Shown here piece after piece: positions 19,682 through 27,933 of a stretch of 64,000 bases of DNA. The stretch covers positions 451,736-515,735 of the forward strand of contig CAVWAQ010000001.1 in assembly GCA_963753065.1 (NCBI GenBank), read 5' to 3'. A program made the position numbers and the translations under genes. Under the pieces are notes generated by a model. That model saw only the letters and a program-made list of their open reading frames with translations, was not told where the DNA came from and made no database searches. The stretch's first letter is position 1. Every line of letters starts with the position of its first letter. This DNA is from Candidatus Bathyarchaeota archaeon (GTDB lineage: Archaea; Thermoproteota; Bathyarchaeia; 40CM-2-53-6).

Positions 19682-20974
19682 TCAAGGAACTAGATGTGTG
19701 ACAGCCCCGTATGGCATTACAAGCACTTTTGAGTCTGTTCCGAGTCTGGCCGTCGCCTCGTCGAAAGCCTCCTGGATTGTGGACGCGTGTGAAAACCGTA
19801 GATTTGCAAGGTCCTGTTCGAATGAATGGTCGCAAACGAGTGTCAGAGCAGAGTCGTTGCTCTGTAGGAATTTCAGAATACCGACGGCGTCTGCGACATC
19901 TTTGATCGCGCCTGACTGCATCATCTGCGCATATTCTTCTGCGCTGGGCCACCCCGTGCTTAGAGACTTGTAGTAGAGTTCCCTGAGAAACGGAGGACCA
20001 AGAAGCTCCTCGCAAGGGGAGGCTATGATTCGCATTCCTCCATGCCTGACCAGCATTGATGCATGTACAATCGTCTTGAGGCATTGGTCAAGATACGAGT
20101 ACATCGGGTTCGCACTGGCTATCACAATGTCGGCTTTCTCCTTGAGATCGAATGCGTAAATGCTGTGATATGTGTCCAGCCCGGCCCTCTGAGCGGAAAC
20201 AGGTTTCCCGTGAAATGCTGCCACAAGTTCATTGCGAGTGTTTAACACAACATCTACGGCCAAGGTCGGTCCGAGGAGGCTGGTCGCCTCGACCATATCC
20301 TCCCAACAGGGGTTACCTTGTGTGACTCCGATCTTGGCAGACGGAGAGGCAGCAACAGTTCCGTGATTGTGAAAGATCGTACGGTAGCCGCTCGCGCCCG
20401 GTAGGATGGTCTTAGGTCCTGACGCATATCCCGAAACGAAATGAGCGGTGATCATCCCGACCGTTACTCTGAGGCTCGCCTTGCTGATCATCTTATTCAC
20501 CCAGACCGGCGTTCCTCTAGATGTCAGGCCGAGATACTCAAGTTGGGCATCATCCCACGCATCATGGCACACGATGTTGGCTCGTTTGACTAATGCATCT
20601 CCAAACTTGTCTCTGAGTTCGCCATCAGTCATCGGTCTGTGAAGTCCACCCGCTGCCACTATTGTGATGTGAGCGTCGTCAATTCCTAGTGAGTTCAGTT
20701 CGTCCATGATTGCACTGCAAATCGGACCCGCGGGAGTGGGTCGTGTATGATCGTCAGTAACTATGGCGACCGTCTCGCCGGCCTTTGTGTACGATGCGAG
20801 GCTCCGACCGTCGACGGGATGTCGAATCGCGTCAATGACCGCTGAGTAGGCGTCCTCTACGCCAGTGACATTCCGAGGACTGAGGATGTACAGCAGTCTC
20901 GCTTCTGGCACGTCGAATTGAATCTCGTTGGGTCCGTATGGTAGACTTACGCGAGTCGAGTTCCATTCCACCAA
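19682..20974 (-). CDS. LarA-like (DUF2088) nickel-pincer-cofactor-dependent racemase/epimerase family protein
   Basis: 430-aa ORF with VTDDHTRPTP, AAGGLHRPMT and TAHFVSGYASGPK, matching the conserved LarA-family blocks. Confidence 0.8.
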   Translation of the reverse strand: MVEWNSTRVSLPYGPNEIQFDVPEARLLYILSPRNVTGVEDAYSAVIDAIRHPVDGRSLASYTKAGETVAIVTDDHTRPTPAGPICSAIMDELNSLGIDDAHITIVAAGGLHRPMTDGELRDKFGDALVKRANIVCHDAWDDAQLEYLGLTSRGTPVWVNKMISKASLRVTVGMITAHFVSGYASGPKTILPGASGYRTIFHNHGTVAASPSAKIGVTQGNPCWEDMVEATSLLGPTLAVDVVLNTRNELVAAFHGKPVSAQRAGLDTYHSIYAFDLKEKADIVIASANPMYSYLDQCLKTIVHASMLVRHGGMRIIASPCEELLGPPFLRELYYKSLSTGWPSAEEYAQMMQSGAIKDVADAVGILKFLQSNDSALTLVCDHSFEQDLANLRFSHASTIQEAFDEATARLGTDSKVLVMPYGAVTHLVP

Positions 20975-21093
20975 TTCGTTCGTACAGGTTCCGCAGGACT
21001 AGTATCGCTGTGAGCAGAGTGAGTATGGCAGAAGGAGCCTCTAGAAGTTATCCTCTGCCATTGTTCTTTCTCTAGTGATCAGAAAATGAGGGG

Positions 21094-21119
21094 GCGCAGG
21101 AAGCATGTTGCTTCCCGCG
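21094..21119 (-). terminator. hairpin just downstream of the permease gene (candidate terminator)
   Basis: GGAAGCA-tgt-TGCTTCC is a perfect 7-bp stem (21099-21115) with flanking GC pairs. On the minus strand it is followed by a short T run. Archaeal terminators are poorly defined. Confidence 0.3.
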
Positions 21120-21130
21120 TTGTTGATGTC

Positions 21131-22696
21131 TTACTCCGGGGGTATTTGCTTGAATGCGAGTTCGATGTCGATGCCTTGGCCTTTCCTGTAGTACTTGCCT
21201 GCGTAGTAGACCACGAGGCCAAGGAGGTAGACTAGCATCATGAAGCCGATGTTGAAGGGCGTTACTGGATAGCCGATTTGTGGGAAGAGTGCCGTGAAGA
21301 TTACGATTGCTACGAATCCTATGAATCCGATTGCGCCGGCAATTGTGATGAGGTAGGCCCCGCCGATCTTGTACCGTGTCGCGCTGGGTGCGCTTTCGAA
21401 GAGGTCTTTGCGTCTTCTAGCGAAGAGTGCTGCTGCGAGCAGTGCTGGAGCATATCCCATTGCGCATCCGACTCCAGCGTTCAGGAAGAGACCGATCGCA
21501 CTGCTTTGGAAGAGCAGAACGAGGAGAACGATCTCAGATATTATCCAGAGTACAATGGTTGTGAAGACAGGAGTGCCCCACTTGTCGTTGATGCTTGCGA
21601 ACTTGTTCGGTATGACGTTGTCAAATGCCCAAGCGAGAACGTGTCGGTCGGAGAGGAAGATTGACTGTGCGATCACGATGAAGCATGCGCAGATAAGGCT
21701 GAACGCGATGAATATGGTGACCCAGTTCCAGCCGTATATGTATTGGATTACCGTTGTGAGAAGGTTCGAGGAGAATGGCGAGTCTGCAGGGCTGTTCACT
21801 GTGAGGTAAGCAACGCTTGCCGCAAAGTCCGACCCGAGAACCCAGTAGTAGAGTGCTGCGGTGATGAAGAACATGATCCATGCGAACAGTCCGGCACCGA
21901 TCACTCCTATCGGCAGTGATCTCTTTACGTTCTTCAATTCTCCACCTACCGTGCACGGCCAATTCGTGATCAAGAAGAATCCTAGACTTGGAATTGCCAG
22001 AATAGTATCGGTCCAGCTGAAGTAAGGAGTGAACCCGAGCGACTTCGCCTTGGTGATCACGCCACTATATAGATCCGGAGACCGAGCGTTCATTGCAGCA
22101 ACGAAACCGTCGTGACCTATCCCGAGAAGGGCTGCCGGAACGAGAATCGCGCCAAGCAGCGCGACTACGATGAAGACTGTCTGTACCTTGGCGTAGTGTC
22201 TGACCGGGATCATCACGACGATCATGCAGAGGGCGATTATGATGTTGTCAAGTACAAATCGCACCATAACGTCCCCGAACCAGGCGGCTTGAGCGCCCAT
22301 ACTTAGGGATGAGAGAAGTCCTGGAACGTAGCTAGCTACGATCAGGTCTGAGAAGATGGCCGGATTCAGGATGAGCAAGAACACCAGCATCCAGCCTGCC
22401 ATCAGGCCAAGGCCTGGATGGAGGATGCGGCTGGTGTAAACGTAGTCGCTTCCTGATCTGGGCATCGCCAGACCGAGCTGAGTGTCCGCGACAAAGTATG
22501 CAAGAAGGATGGGCAGGAAGATTAGCAGCGAAATCATGATGTTCGCGCCCAACAAGAAGTTGAACGAGGCGAAGAGCGCTGAAAGGGCGACCACCGTTAC
22601 GATGCCGCCGAAGTTGAATGCGAAGCTATCCCATGAGCCGAATTCTCTGACTAGTCCTGTTGCTTCTCTGACGAATACCTTTGGTTTCTGTGTCAT
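21131..22696 (-). CDS. APC-superfamily amino acid/polyamine permease
   Basis: 521-aa ORF, hydrophobic throughout with about 12 or more TM segments. The N-terminal FVREATGLVREF..FNFGG pattern is typical of APC transporters. Confidence 0.8.
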   Translation of the reverse strand: MTQKPKVFVREATGLVREFGSWDSFAFNFGGIVTVVALSALFASFNFLLGANIMISLLIFLPILLAYFVADTQLGLAMPRSGSDYVYTSRILHPGLGLMAGWMLVFLLILNPAIFSDLIVASYVPGLLSSLSMGAQAAWFGDVMVRFVLDNIIIALCMIVVMIPVRHYAKVQTVFIVVALLGAILVPAALLGIGHDGFVAAMNARSPDLYSGVITKAKSLGFTPYFSWTDTILAIPSLGFFLITNWPCTVGGELKNVKRSLPIGVIGAGLFAWIMFFITAALYYWVLGSDFAASVAYLTVNSPADSPFSSNLLTTVIQYIYGWNWVTIFIAFSLICACFIVIAQSIFLSDRHVLAWAFDNVIPNKFASINDKWGTPVFTTIVLWIISEIVLLVLLFQSSAIGLFLNAGVGCAMGYAPALLAAALFARRRKDLFESAPSATRYKIGGAYLITIAGAIGFIGFVAIVIFTALFPQIGYPVTPFNIGFMMLVYLLGLVVYYAGKYYRKGQGIDIELAFKQIPPE

Positions 22697-22761
22697 GAAA
22701 TTTCCACGCCCCGAGAAAATTGGGCATTGTATTTAACGCTTTGTCCAAATCGAATTGTCCT

Positions 22762-23769
22762 TTATCTGCGCCCGTGGGTATCTCTCAGATAGGGAAGGAC
22801 TTTCTTGGCGAAAGCCTGGATAAATTTCGGTTCATCCGGGCTACTGCTCTGCAAGTGAATATTCGTGAATCCTAGCTTGATGTATCGTTCAATGTTCTTG
22901 ATGTGATCATCAATGTTGTTCGAGATGAACCATCCCGTCAGTAGTCCTTCTTCGCTGACCAGTTTGCCGTGTGCCTCGATCTCGCGTGGGTCGGATATTG
23001 GCGCCTTGAAGAAGATCGGCAGGACGGTTGGTGCCCACCATCTGGCTGCTTCAACCGCCTTATCGTAATCCTCATCGTAGGCCATCTGGAGTTCCATCAA
23101 TCTCTCTATCTTCGATGGATCGCGGCCGGCGTCTTTTGCGCCCTTTTCGAGCGCAGGAAAGAGTACGTCCTTGTAATGGCTATCAGGGAATGGCAGGGTG
23201 AGGAAACCGTCAGCGTACCTACCTGCCATCTCTGCGACTTTCGGCCCGTTTGCGGCGACATACATCGGGATTGGTTTCTGAGGCTTCGTGTAGAGATTAG
23301 CTCCACTCAAGCGGTAATATTTCCCTCTGAAGTTCACGAATTCCTTTGTCCAGAGCAGTCGCATGACCTTGATCGCCTCTTCCAAGCGCTCGGCTCTTTC
23401 CTTGAACCCGGGCCAGTTCAACCCTAGAGGAAGCTCATTCATCGCTTCGCCCGTGCCTAACGCGATAAACACCCTGCCTGGGTACATGTCGCCAAGGGTT
23501 GCAAATGCCTGTGCGACAATTGCAGGATGGTATCTTATGGTCGGTGCTGTAAGGCCTGTTCCGAACATCACTCGACTTGTTCGTTCTCCGAGGCTTCCGA
23601 ACCAGACCCAAGCGAAACCACATTTCGCGCCGGTGTGGACCCAAGGGTGAAAATGGTCCCCGGTCCATATCGAATCAAACCCCTCTTTCTCAGCCGTTAC
23701 CGCGTACTCAAGCGCCTGCCTCGGAGTGCGCTGCGTTATGTCAGAATAGTAGCCGAGTGTGAGTTTCAT
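22762..23769 (-). CDS. luciferase-like monooxygenase (LLM) class F420-dependent oxidoreductase, G6PDH-like subfamily
   Basis: 335-aa ORF with AEKEGFDSIWTGDHFHPW, GTGEAMNE and a PKVAEMAGRYADGF pattern. Confidence 0.85.
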   Translation of the reverse strand: MKLTLGYYSDITQRTPRQALEYAVTAEKEGFDSIWTGDHFHPWVHTGAKCGFAWVWFGSLGERTSRVMFGTGLTAPTIRYHPAIVAQAFATLGDMYPGRVFIALGTGEAMNELPLGLNWPGFKERAERLEEAIKVMRLLWTKEFVNFRGKYYRLSGANLYTKPQKPIPMYVAANGPKVAEMAGRYADGFLTLPFPDSHYKDVLFPALEKGAKDAGRDPSKIERLMELQMAYDEDYDKAVEAARWWAPTVLPIFFKAPISDPREIEAHGKLVSEEGLLTGWFISNNIDDHIKNIERYIKLGFTNIHLQSSSPDEPKFIQAFAKKVLPYLRDTHGRR

Positions 23770-23929
23770 ACCAGATCGTCATGAGACTAAGACCGAACGT
23801 ATTTAATTGTCGCGTACGCTGTCGTGCGGTTCAACCAACAGGAACAACAGCCCGAACTCCACACCTCAGCGTTGGTGCAAGAGGGCTCGCGGCACCATGC
23901 CTGCTGCGCTCGAGTTCAGATGAGATAGA

Positions 23930-24252
23930 GATCAATCCCTGTTGTTCTGAGTCTCCTCCATCTCCAGAAACCAGTCGTGTCAACAGCGATCCCGGTTCTC
24001 CTGTCAACTGCCAGCTTGGCAAGAGCTTCCTGCAAGAATATTTGGTACGTCACTTGTCGGTATCTTGACGAACCCCTTGTCAGGTGGTTGTCCGACGGCC
24101 CTCGTGGACACGAAGGGAATTGATTTGCGGAATGTTGAGTCGCGTGCTGCTGGCCTATACCTCAGTTCGATAAGGACGACAGCCTCAGGGCCAAGCCTCG
24201 AAAGCAGGCGACGTACCTCTGGCGTTGTCTTGACTTGGATTGCTTCAGGCGT
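23930..24252 (-). pseudogene. start-less, frame-shifted relic of an unidentified gene
   Basis: The minus strand reads ..TPEAIQVKTTPEVRRLLSRLGPEAVVLIELRY..DKGFVKIPTSDVPNIL. In another frame it continues FLQEALAKLAVDRRTGIAVDTTGF. There is no ATG, GTG or TTG at the 5' end. Confidence 0.3.
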
Positions 24253-24273
24253 ATGAATGACTCGCGATTCTTC

Positions 24274-25347
24274 TTATGTCTGATGCGCGTCAGGGCTCTC
24301 GGCAATCTGTTCGTCTTTCCGGCTACTCGTCTTGCTTTCCTGCCTCTCGACTGTTTGCCTTCTCCCGAAGACTAGGAACGCAATTGCAGCAGCCAATCCA
24401 ATTACGATCGCGATCAGAACATATGTGTAGATTCTGAAATCACTTAGTTCAAAGCTCGTTGCGTTGTACTCTGATCCAAGTTGGTTGTACTTCGAAGTTA
24501 GCTGATCATAATCCGATCTTAGCGCTTCATACTTCGAGGATAGTTCGTTGTCTTTCGCGAGTAGGCTATCGTATTCCTGCTGTAGTGCCTTGTGCTGAGC
24601 AGACAGCTGCTCGTACTCTGGAGTAGTCGCCAGAACATACGTGAGCGGTAGTGTTTGCTGGGACGATGTCTGTACAGTCACATACGATGGCTCGTACACG
24701 TTGTACATCGTGAAATTGTATGGGTAAGATGAATAGTAGTAAGGGTAGTACGGCATATATCCGTACGAGTCATAGTAGCTGGATGTCTCCTCCCACTTTT
24801 CGGTCACGATTCCTAGCATGACGCTTCGGTCGGCGTTTGGAGGTATGGTCGCTGAGAGGGTTGTCTGCCAAGTGTTGCCAGAGTAGACTTGCCTGTTTGT
24901 TAGAACCGTCGTTGACGTCGTCTTTGCGAGTTGCCGATTCACATAGGTATAAACTTCGATCGATAGGTTGTCTACCTGCCCGCTTGATTTCGCGGTTGTC
25001 GTTGTTGATATTGTAATCGTGTTCCCTGGGTCTGCAGATTCTGGGAAGGTCAATTGAACTGTAAAGTGATCAGTTGAGATTGTTATGACTGTCTGAGACG
25101 CTGGTGCAGTTTGATTCGGCGTCTCCGCGAAGGGTTGTGCTGCAGAGGCAGGGCTGTAACTATTCGGATAGATCACATTCACCGCTGACGGCGACATCAT
25201 CTGCGCACCTTGAATCGCCAGTAGTGACAGTAGGAGCGCCGAAGCGACCAGAGGAACCCAAGATCTGTCTGTTGGTCGAGTTCTCGTCGCCGTCATTCGT
25301 TCTGGCTGCGGACACCATCGCCACAACAAAGATCGTTTCTCCTTCAT
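24274..25347 (-). CDS. membrane-anchored extracellular protein with Tyr-rich segment and coiled coil, unknown function
   Basis: The N-terminal anchor is WVPLVASALLLSLLAIQGA, followed by a Thr/Ser-rich domain. The segment SSYYDSYGYMPYYPYYYSSYPYNFTMYNVYEPSY has 14 Tyr in 34 residues. A heptad-like EYDSLLAKDNELSSKYEALRSDYDQLTSKYNQL follows, then the C-terminal TM IYTYVLIAIVIGLAAAIAFLVF. Confidence 0.6.
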   Translation of the reverse strand: MKEKRSLLWRWCPQPERMTATRTRPTDRSWVPLVASALLLSLLAIQGAQMMSPSAVNVIYPNSYSPASAAQPFAETPNQTAPASQTVITISTDHFTVQLTFPESADPGNTITISTTTTAKSSGQVDNLSIEVYTYVNRQLAKTTSTTVLTNRQVYSGNTWQTTLSATIPPNADRSVMLGIVTEKWEETSSYYDSYGYMPYYPYYYSSYPYNFTMYNVYEPSYVTVQTSSQQTLPLTYVLATTPEYEQLSAQHKALQQEYDSLLAKDNELSSKYEALRSDYDQLTSKYNQLGSEYNATSFELSDFRIYTYVLIAIVIGLAAAIAFLVFGRRQTVERQESKTSSRKDEQIAESPDAHQT

Positions 25348-25848
25348 GTCGGTCCCTCCAGTATTACCTTGAACAGGTTGTCTGCCAAGTGAGACGGGTT
25401 TGTCCTAGCCTTATCCCGAGGAAGTGGAATCCCTCTTTCCTCGCTCTCTCTTATGAGAGTCTGCCTGCAGCTTTCAATATTCGTGCAATCGGAGCAATCT
25501 CCTTCGCCCTTGTACCAGACCTGGATCCCGTTTGCTACCGAGAATGTGACGAGAACGTTCGTTCTCCAAGTTGGGCTGTATCCGGAGAGGAATCCGTTTC
25601 TCAGATCAATCTTGCGGATGTCCAGCCTATGCAACTGCGCGGCATCAGTCAGCGCGCGCGACATCTTCGTATCTATGGCGTTTAACGTCTTGTTCGTTGT
25701 CTGCGGAGTGACTCCTATCTTCCTGAGAGACTTCAGCTTGCGTTAGGCCTTGCCTGCGGAGGTTCCAGAAGCTGAGCTGCTTAGGTGTGAGGTATCCTGC
25801 TCGCATCATTGCGTATGCCAACCTAAGCATATGTAAGCCTACTGACAC
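25344..25848 (-). pseudogene. HTH DNA-binding protein (Tfx / sigma-70 region-4-like HTH), one +1 frame break
   Basis: ORF 25645-25848 reads GYLTPKQLSFWNLRRQGLTQAEVSQ. The +1 frame continues KIGVTPQTTNKTLNAIDTKMSRALTDAAQL into ORF 25344-25664. The junction lies near 25714-25729. There is a 4-nt ATGA overlap with the downstream gene. Confidence 0.6.
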
Positions 25849-26003
25849 CTATAATCCTTACCATGTCCGACTAACGTCTTGTGAAGGAGGTTGGTTCGTC
25901 GGAAGCGGACTTGTCCCTAGATCATGAATACCTGCTCGGGTAGGATCGAGACCTCGAGTGATTCATTCGTGACCGAATCGACAAGCATTTAAGTGCCCGT
26001 TCG

Positions 26004-26438
26004 GTGCAGAACCGTTCGGCGAACGAGTTGGCAATCGTCGGATACGAATGGATAATCGTGTTGGCTATCATCGTCGTACTGTTTGTGTGGGGCCCTCAGA
26101 AGCTGCCCGAGTTCGCGAGATCAATAGGATTGGCACGCAAGGAGATCGAGAAAGCATACAAAGAGGCATCGGATGCTACAGCGTCGCCCGCGCAGGCTGA
26201 TCCCCTCATCGAGACTGCCAAGAAGTTGGGCATCTCAACCGAGGGTAAGACCAGATCGCAAATCTCAGAGGAGATCGTGGCAAAAGGAAAAGCGTCGACG
26301 ACCACGACCACGCCCACCGAAACCGACCCCCTCGTCGAAACCGCCAAGAGACTGGGGATCTCAACCGAGGGTAAGACCAGATCGCAAATGTCAGACGAGA
26401 TCGTGGCAAAAGGAAAAGCGTCTGAGAAGCCGGCCTGA
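26004..26438 (+). CDS. tatA: twin-arginine translocase TatA/E-like protein with duplicated C-terminal module
   Basis: The N-terminal TM plus hinge IIVLAIIVVLFVWGPQKLPEFARSIGLARKEIEKA is a TatA hallmark. A C-terminal 33-aa module is present twice. Confidence 0.8.
   Translation: MQNRSANELAIVGYEWIIVLAIIVVLFVWGPQKLPEFARSIGLARKEIEKAYKEASDATASPAQADPLIETAKKLGISTEGKTRSQISEEIVAKGKASTTTTTPTETDPLVETAKRLGISTEGKTRSQMSDEIVAKGKASEKPA
26199..26422 (+). repeat. in-gene tandem duplication (period 126 nt, two copies)
   Basis: Segments 26199-26296 and 26325-26422 both encode DPL(I/V)ETAK(K/R)LGISTEGKTRSQ(I/M)S(E/D)EIVAKGKAS. They share identical runs atctcaaccgagggtaagaccagatcgcaaat and gagatcgtggcaaaaggaaaagcgtc. 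Confidence 0.85.
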
Positions 26439-26568
26439 CTGCTTGTCACGGACAAGACAGTTCAGCGTGAACTTGACATAGGTGATTTGTCCCTCTCCCA
26501 AAGGCTTGGGTCCGATCTAGGGGAGGGATGGGAGCACGACGGAGCAAGAGAAGCAGAACGACGTTGCG

Positions 26569-27426
26569 ATGCCGTTTTGGGATCATGTCAGCGAACTAGC
26601 GAAGCGTCTCAAGATCGTCCTCTATGTTCTCGTCGTGAGCACAGTCCTCTTCATGGTCCTTCCATCAAATCTCAGCTTCCTCAGCAACCCGCTTCAATTC
26701 TACGATCCCCTAGTGGCCCTTGTGCTGAGGCAGATTAGAGCACAGATGCTACCGCCAAATGTAACGCTCATCGGTTACGAATTGACAGTCCCATTGGAAC
26801 TCTACATGATCGCATCATTCGTTATGGGATTCATTGTAAGCATTCCCGTAATCGCCTACGAGATATACCGGTTCATAGATCCGGCGCTGTACTCGCATGA
26901 GCGGAAAGCGGTCTACCCGTTCGTATTGTCCTTCACAGCGTTGTTCATCGTTGGGGCCACTTTCGGCTATGTAATCCTAATGCCGTTCATGATTTGGGGA
27001 CTTTTCCCGTTCTTCACAGCGATGGGTGCAGCCCGGATAATCTCGATAATGGATTTCTACAACATGGTCTTCGTTTCAACCGTCCTGAGCGGACTAATCT
27101 TCACATGGCCCGTGTTCTTCATTCTACTTGTCAAATTCGGCGTCCTTAGAACGTCGATGATCACGGGCAATCGGAAATACGTTTACGCAGCCATGTACAT
27201 CATCACGGCTTTCGTGACACCTGACGGAGGCCCGCTTGCCGATGTGATGCTTTTCATACCGATGGCCGCGCTAACCGAGGTTGCTGTATTCTTTGGAAAA
27301 AGATACGAGAAGTCTAGGCCGGCCACTGAGATACCAACAAAAGCGGTTAACAGGTGCAAGTTCTGTAGCGCAGAACTTGAACCCGGAAAACCCTTCTGCG
27401 ACAGCTGCGGAAAATCACAACTCTGA
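26569..27426 (+). CDS. tatC: twin-arginine translocase TatC with C-terminal zinc-ribbon tail
   Basis: 285-aa ORF with a TatC-like N-terminus MPFWDHVSELAKRLK and six hydrophobic segments. The C-terminus CKFCSAELEPGKPFCDSCG has C-x2-C-x10-C-x2-C spacing. Confidence 0.85.
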   Translation: MPFWDHVSELAKRLKIVLYVLVVSTVLFMVLPSNLSFLSNPLQFYDPLVALVLRQIRAQMLPPNVTLIGYELTVPLELYMIASFVMGFIVSIPVIAYEIYRFIDPALYSHERKAVYPFVLSFTALFIVGATFGYVILMPFMIWGLFPFFTAMGAARIISIMDFYNMVFVSTVLSGLIFTWPVFFILLVKFGVLRTSMITGNRKYVYAAMYIITAFVTPDGGPLADVMLFIPMAALTEVAVFFGKRYEKSRPATEIPTKAVNRCKFCSAELEPGKPFCDSCGKSQL

Positions 27427-27513
27427 CAGTTTTCCTGTGCCCGTGGACCTTAGCAAGACCTAAGTATGCTACATCTCTTGTACGCCTGCCGATAGCTTGC
27501 TGGAGAACTGTTC

Positions 27514-27909
27514 ATGGGAAGGTCACGGCTTATTGTCGGTGCGCTCGGAATCGTTGTAGGTTTCTTCATCTACCAATATGGACTATTCCTTATGTTTGGG
27601 AATTTAGACGCATCTCTGGTCGGACTGGGTCTCTCTAGTTTGAGTGCGTCCTTGGTTCCTTTGTTCGGATCACAGTTAGTCGCGGGAGCGATATTGCAGC
27701 TTATCGGGGGCATAATAGCGATTGCGGGTCTCCTAGTATGCATTTCGTGGATTGGCTCTCAAAGGGTGATGCCACCTTCAATTAGGGCAGAGAGAACAGC
27801 TGAATTGGTTGCCAAAGTCCCCGACTCAGCGCCCAAATGCAAGTTTTGTGGTGCACTCATGGAATCTGGTATGGCTTTCTGTTCAAGCTGCCAGCGTGCA
27901 CAGGCCTAG
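27514..27909 (+). CDS. small membrane protein with C-terminal zinc ribbon
   Basis: 131-aa ORF with about 3 TM segments, followed by CKFCGALMESGMAFCSSC. This has the same C-x2-C-x10-C-x2-C spacing as the TatC tail. Confidence 0.55.
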   Translation: MGRSRLIVGALGIVVGFFIYQYGLFLMFGNLDASLVGLGLSSLSASLVPLFGSQLVAGAILQLIGGIIAIAGLLVCISWIGSQRVMPPSIRAERTAELVAKVPDSAPKCKFCGALMESGMAFCSSCQRAQA

Positions 27910-27933
27910 CCTCGTACATGTGGCACGAGACTA

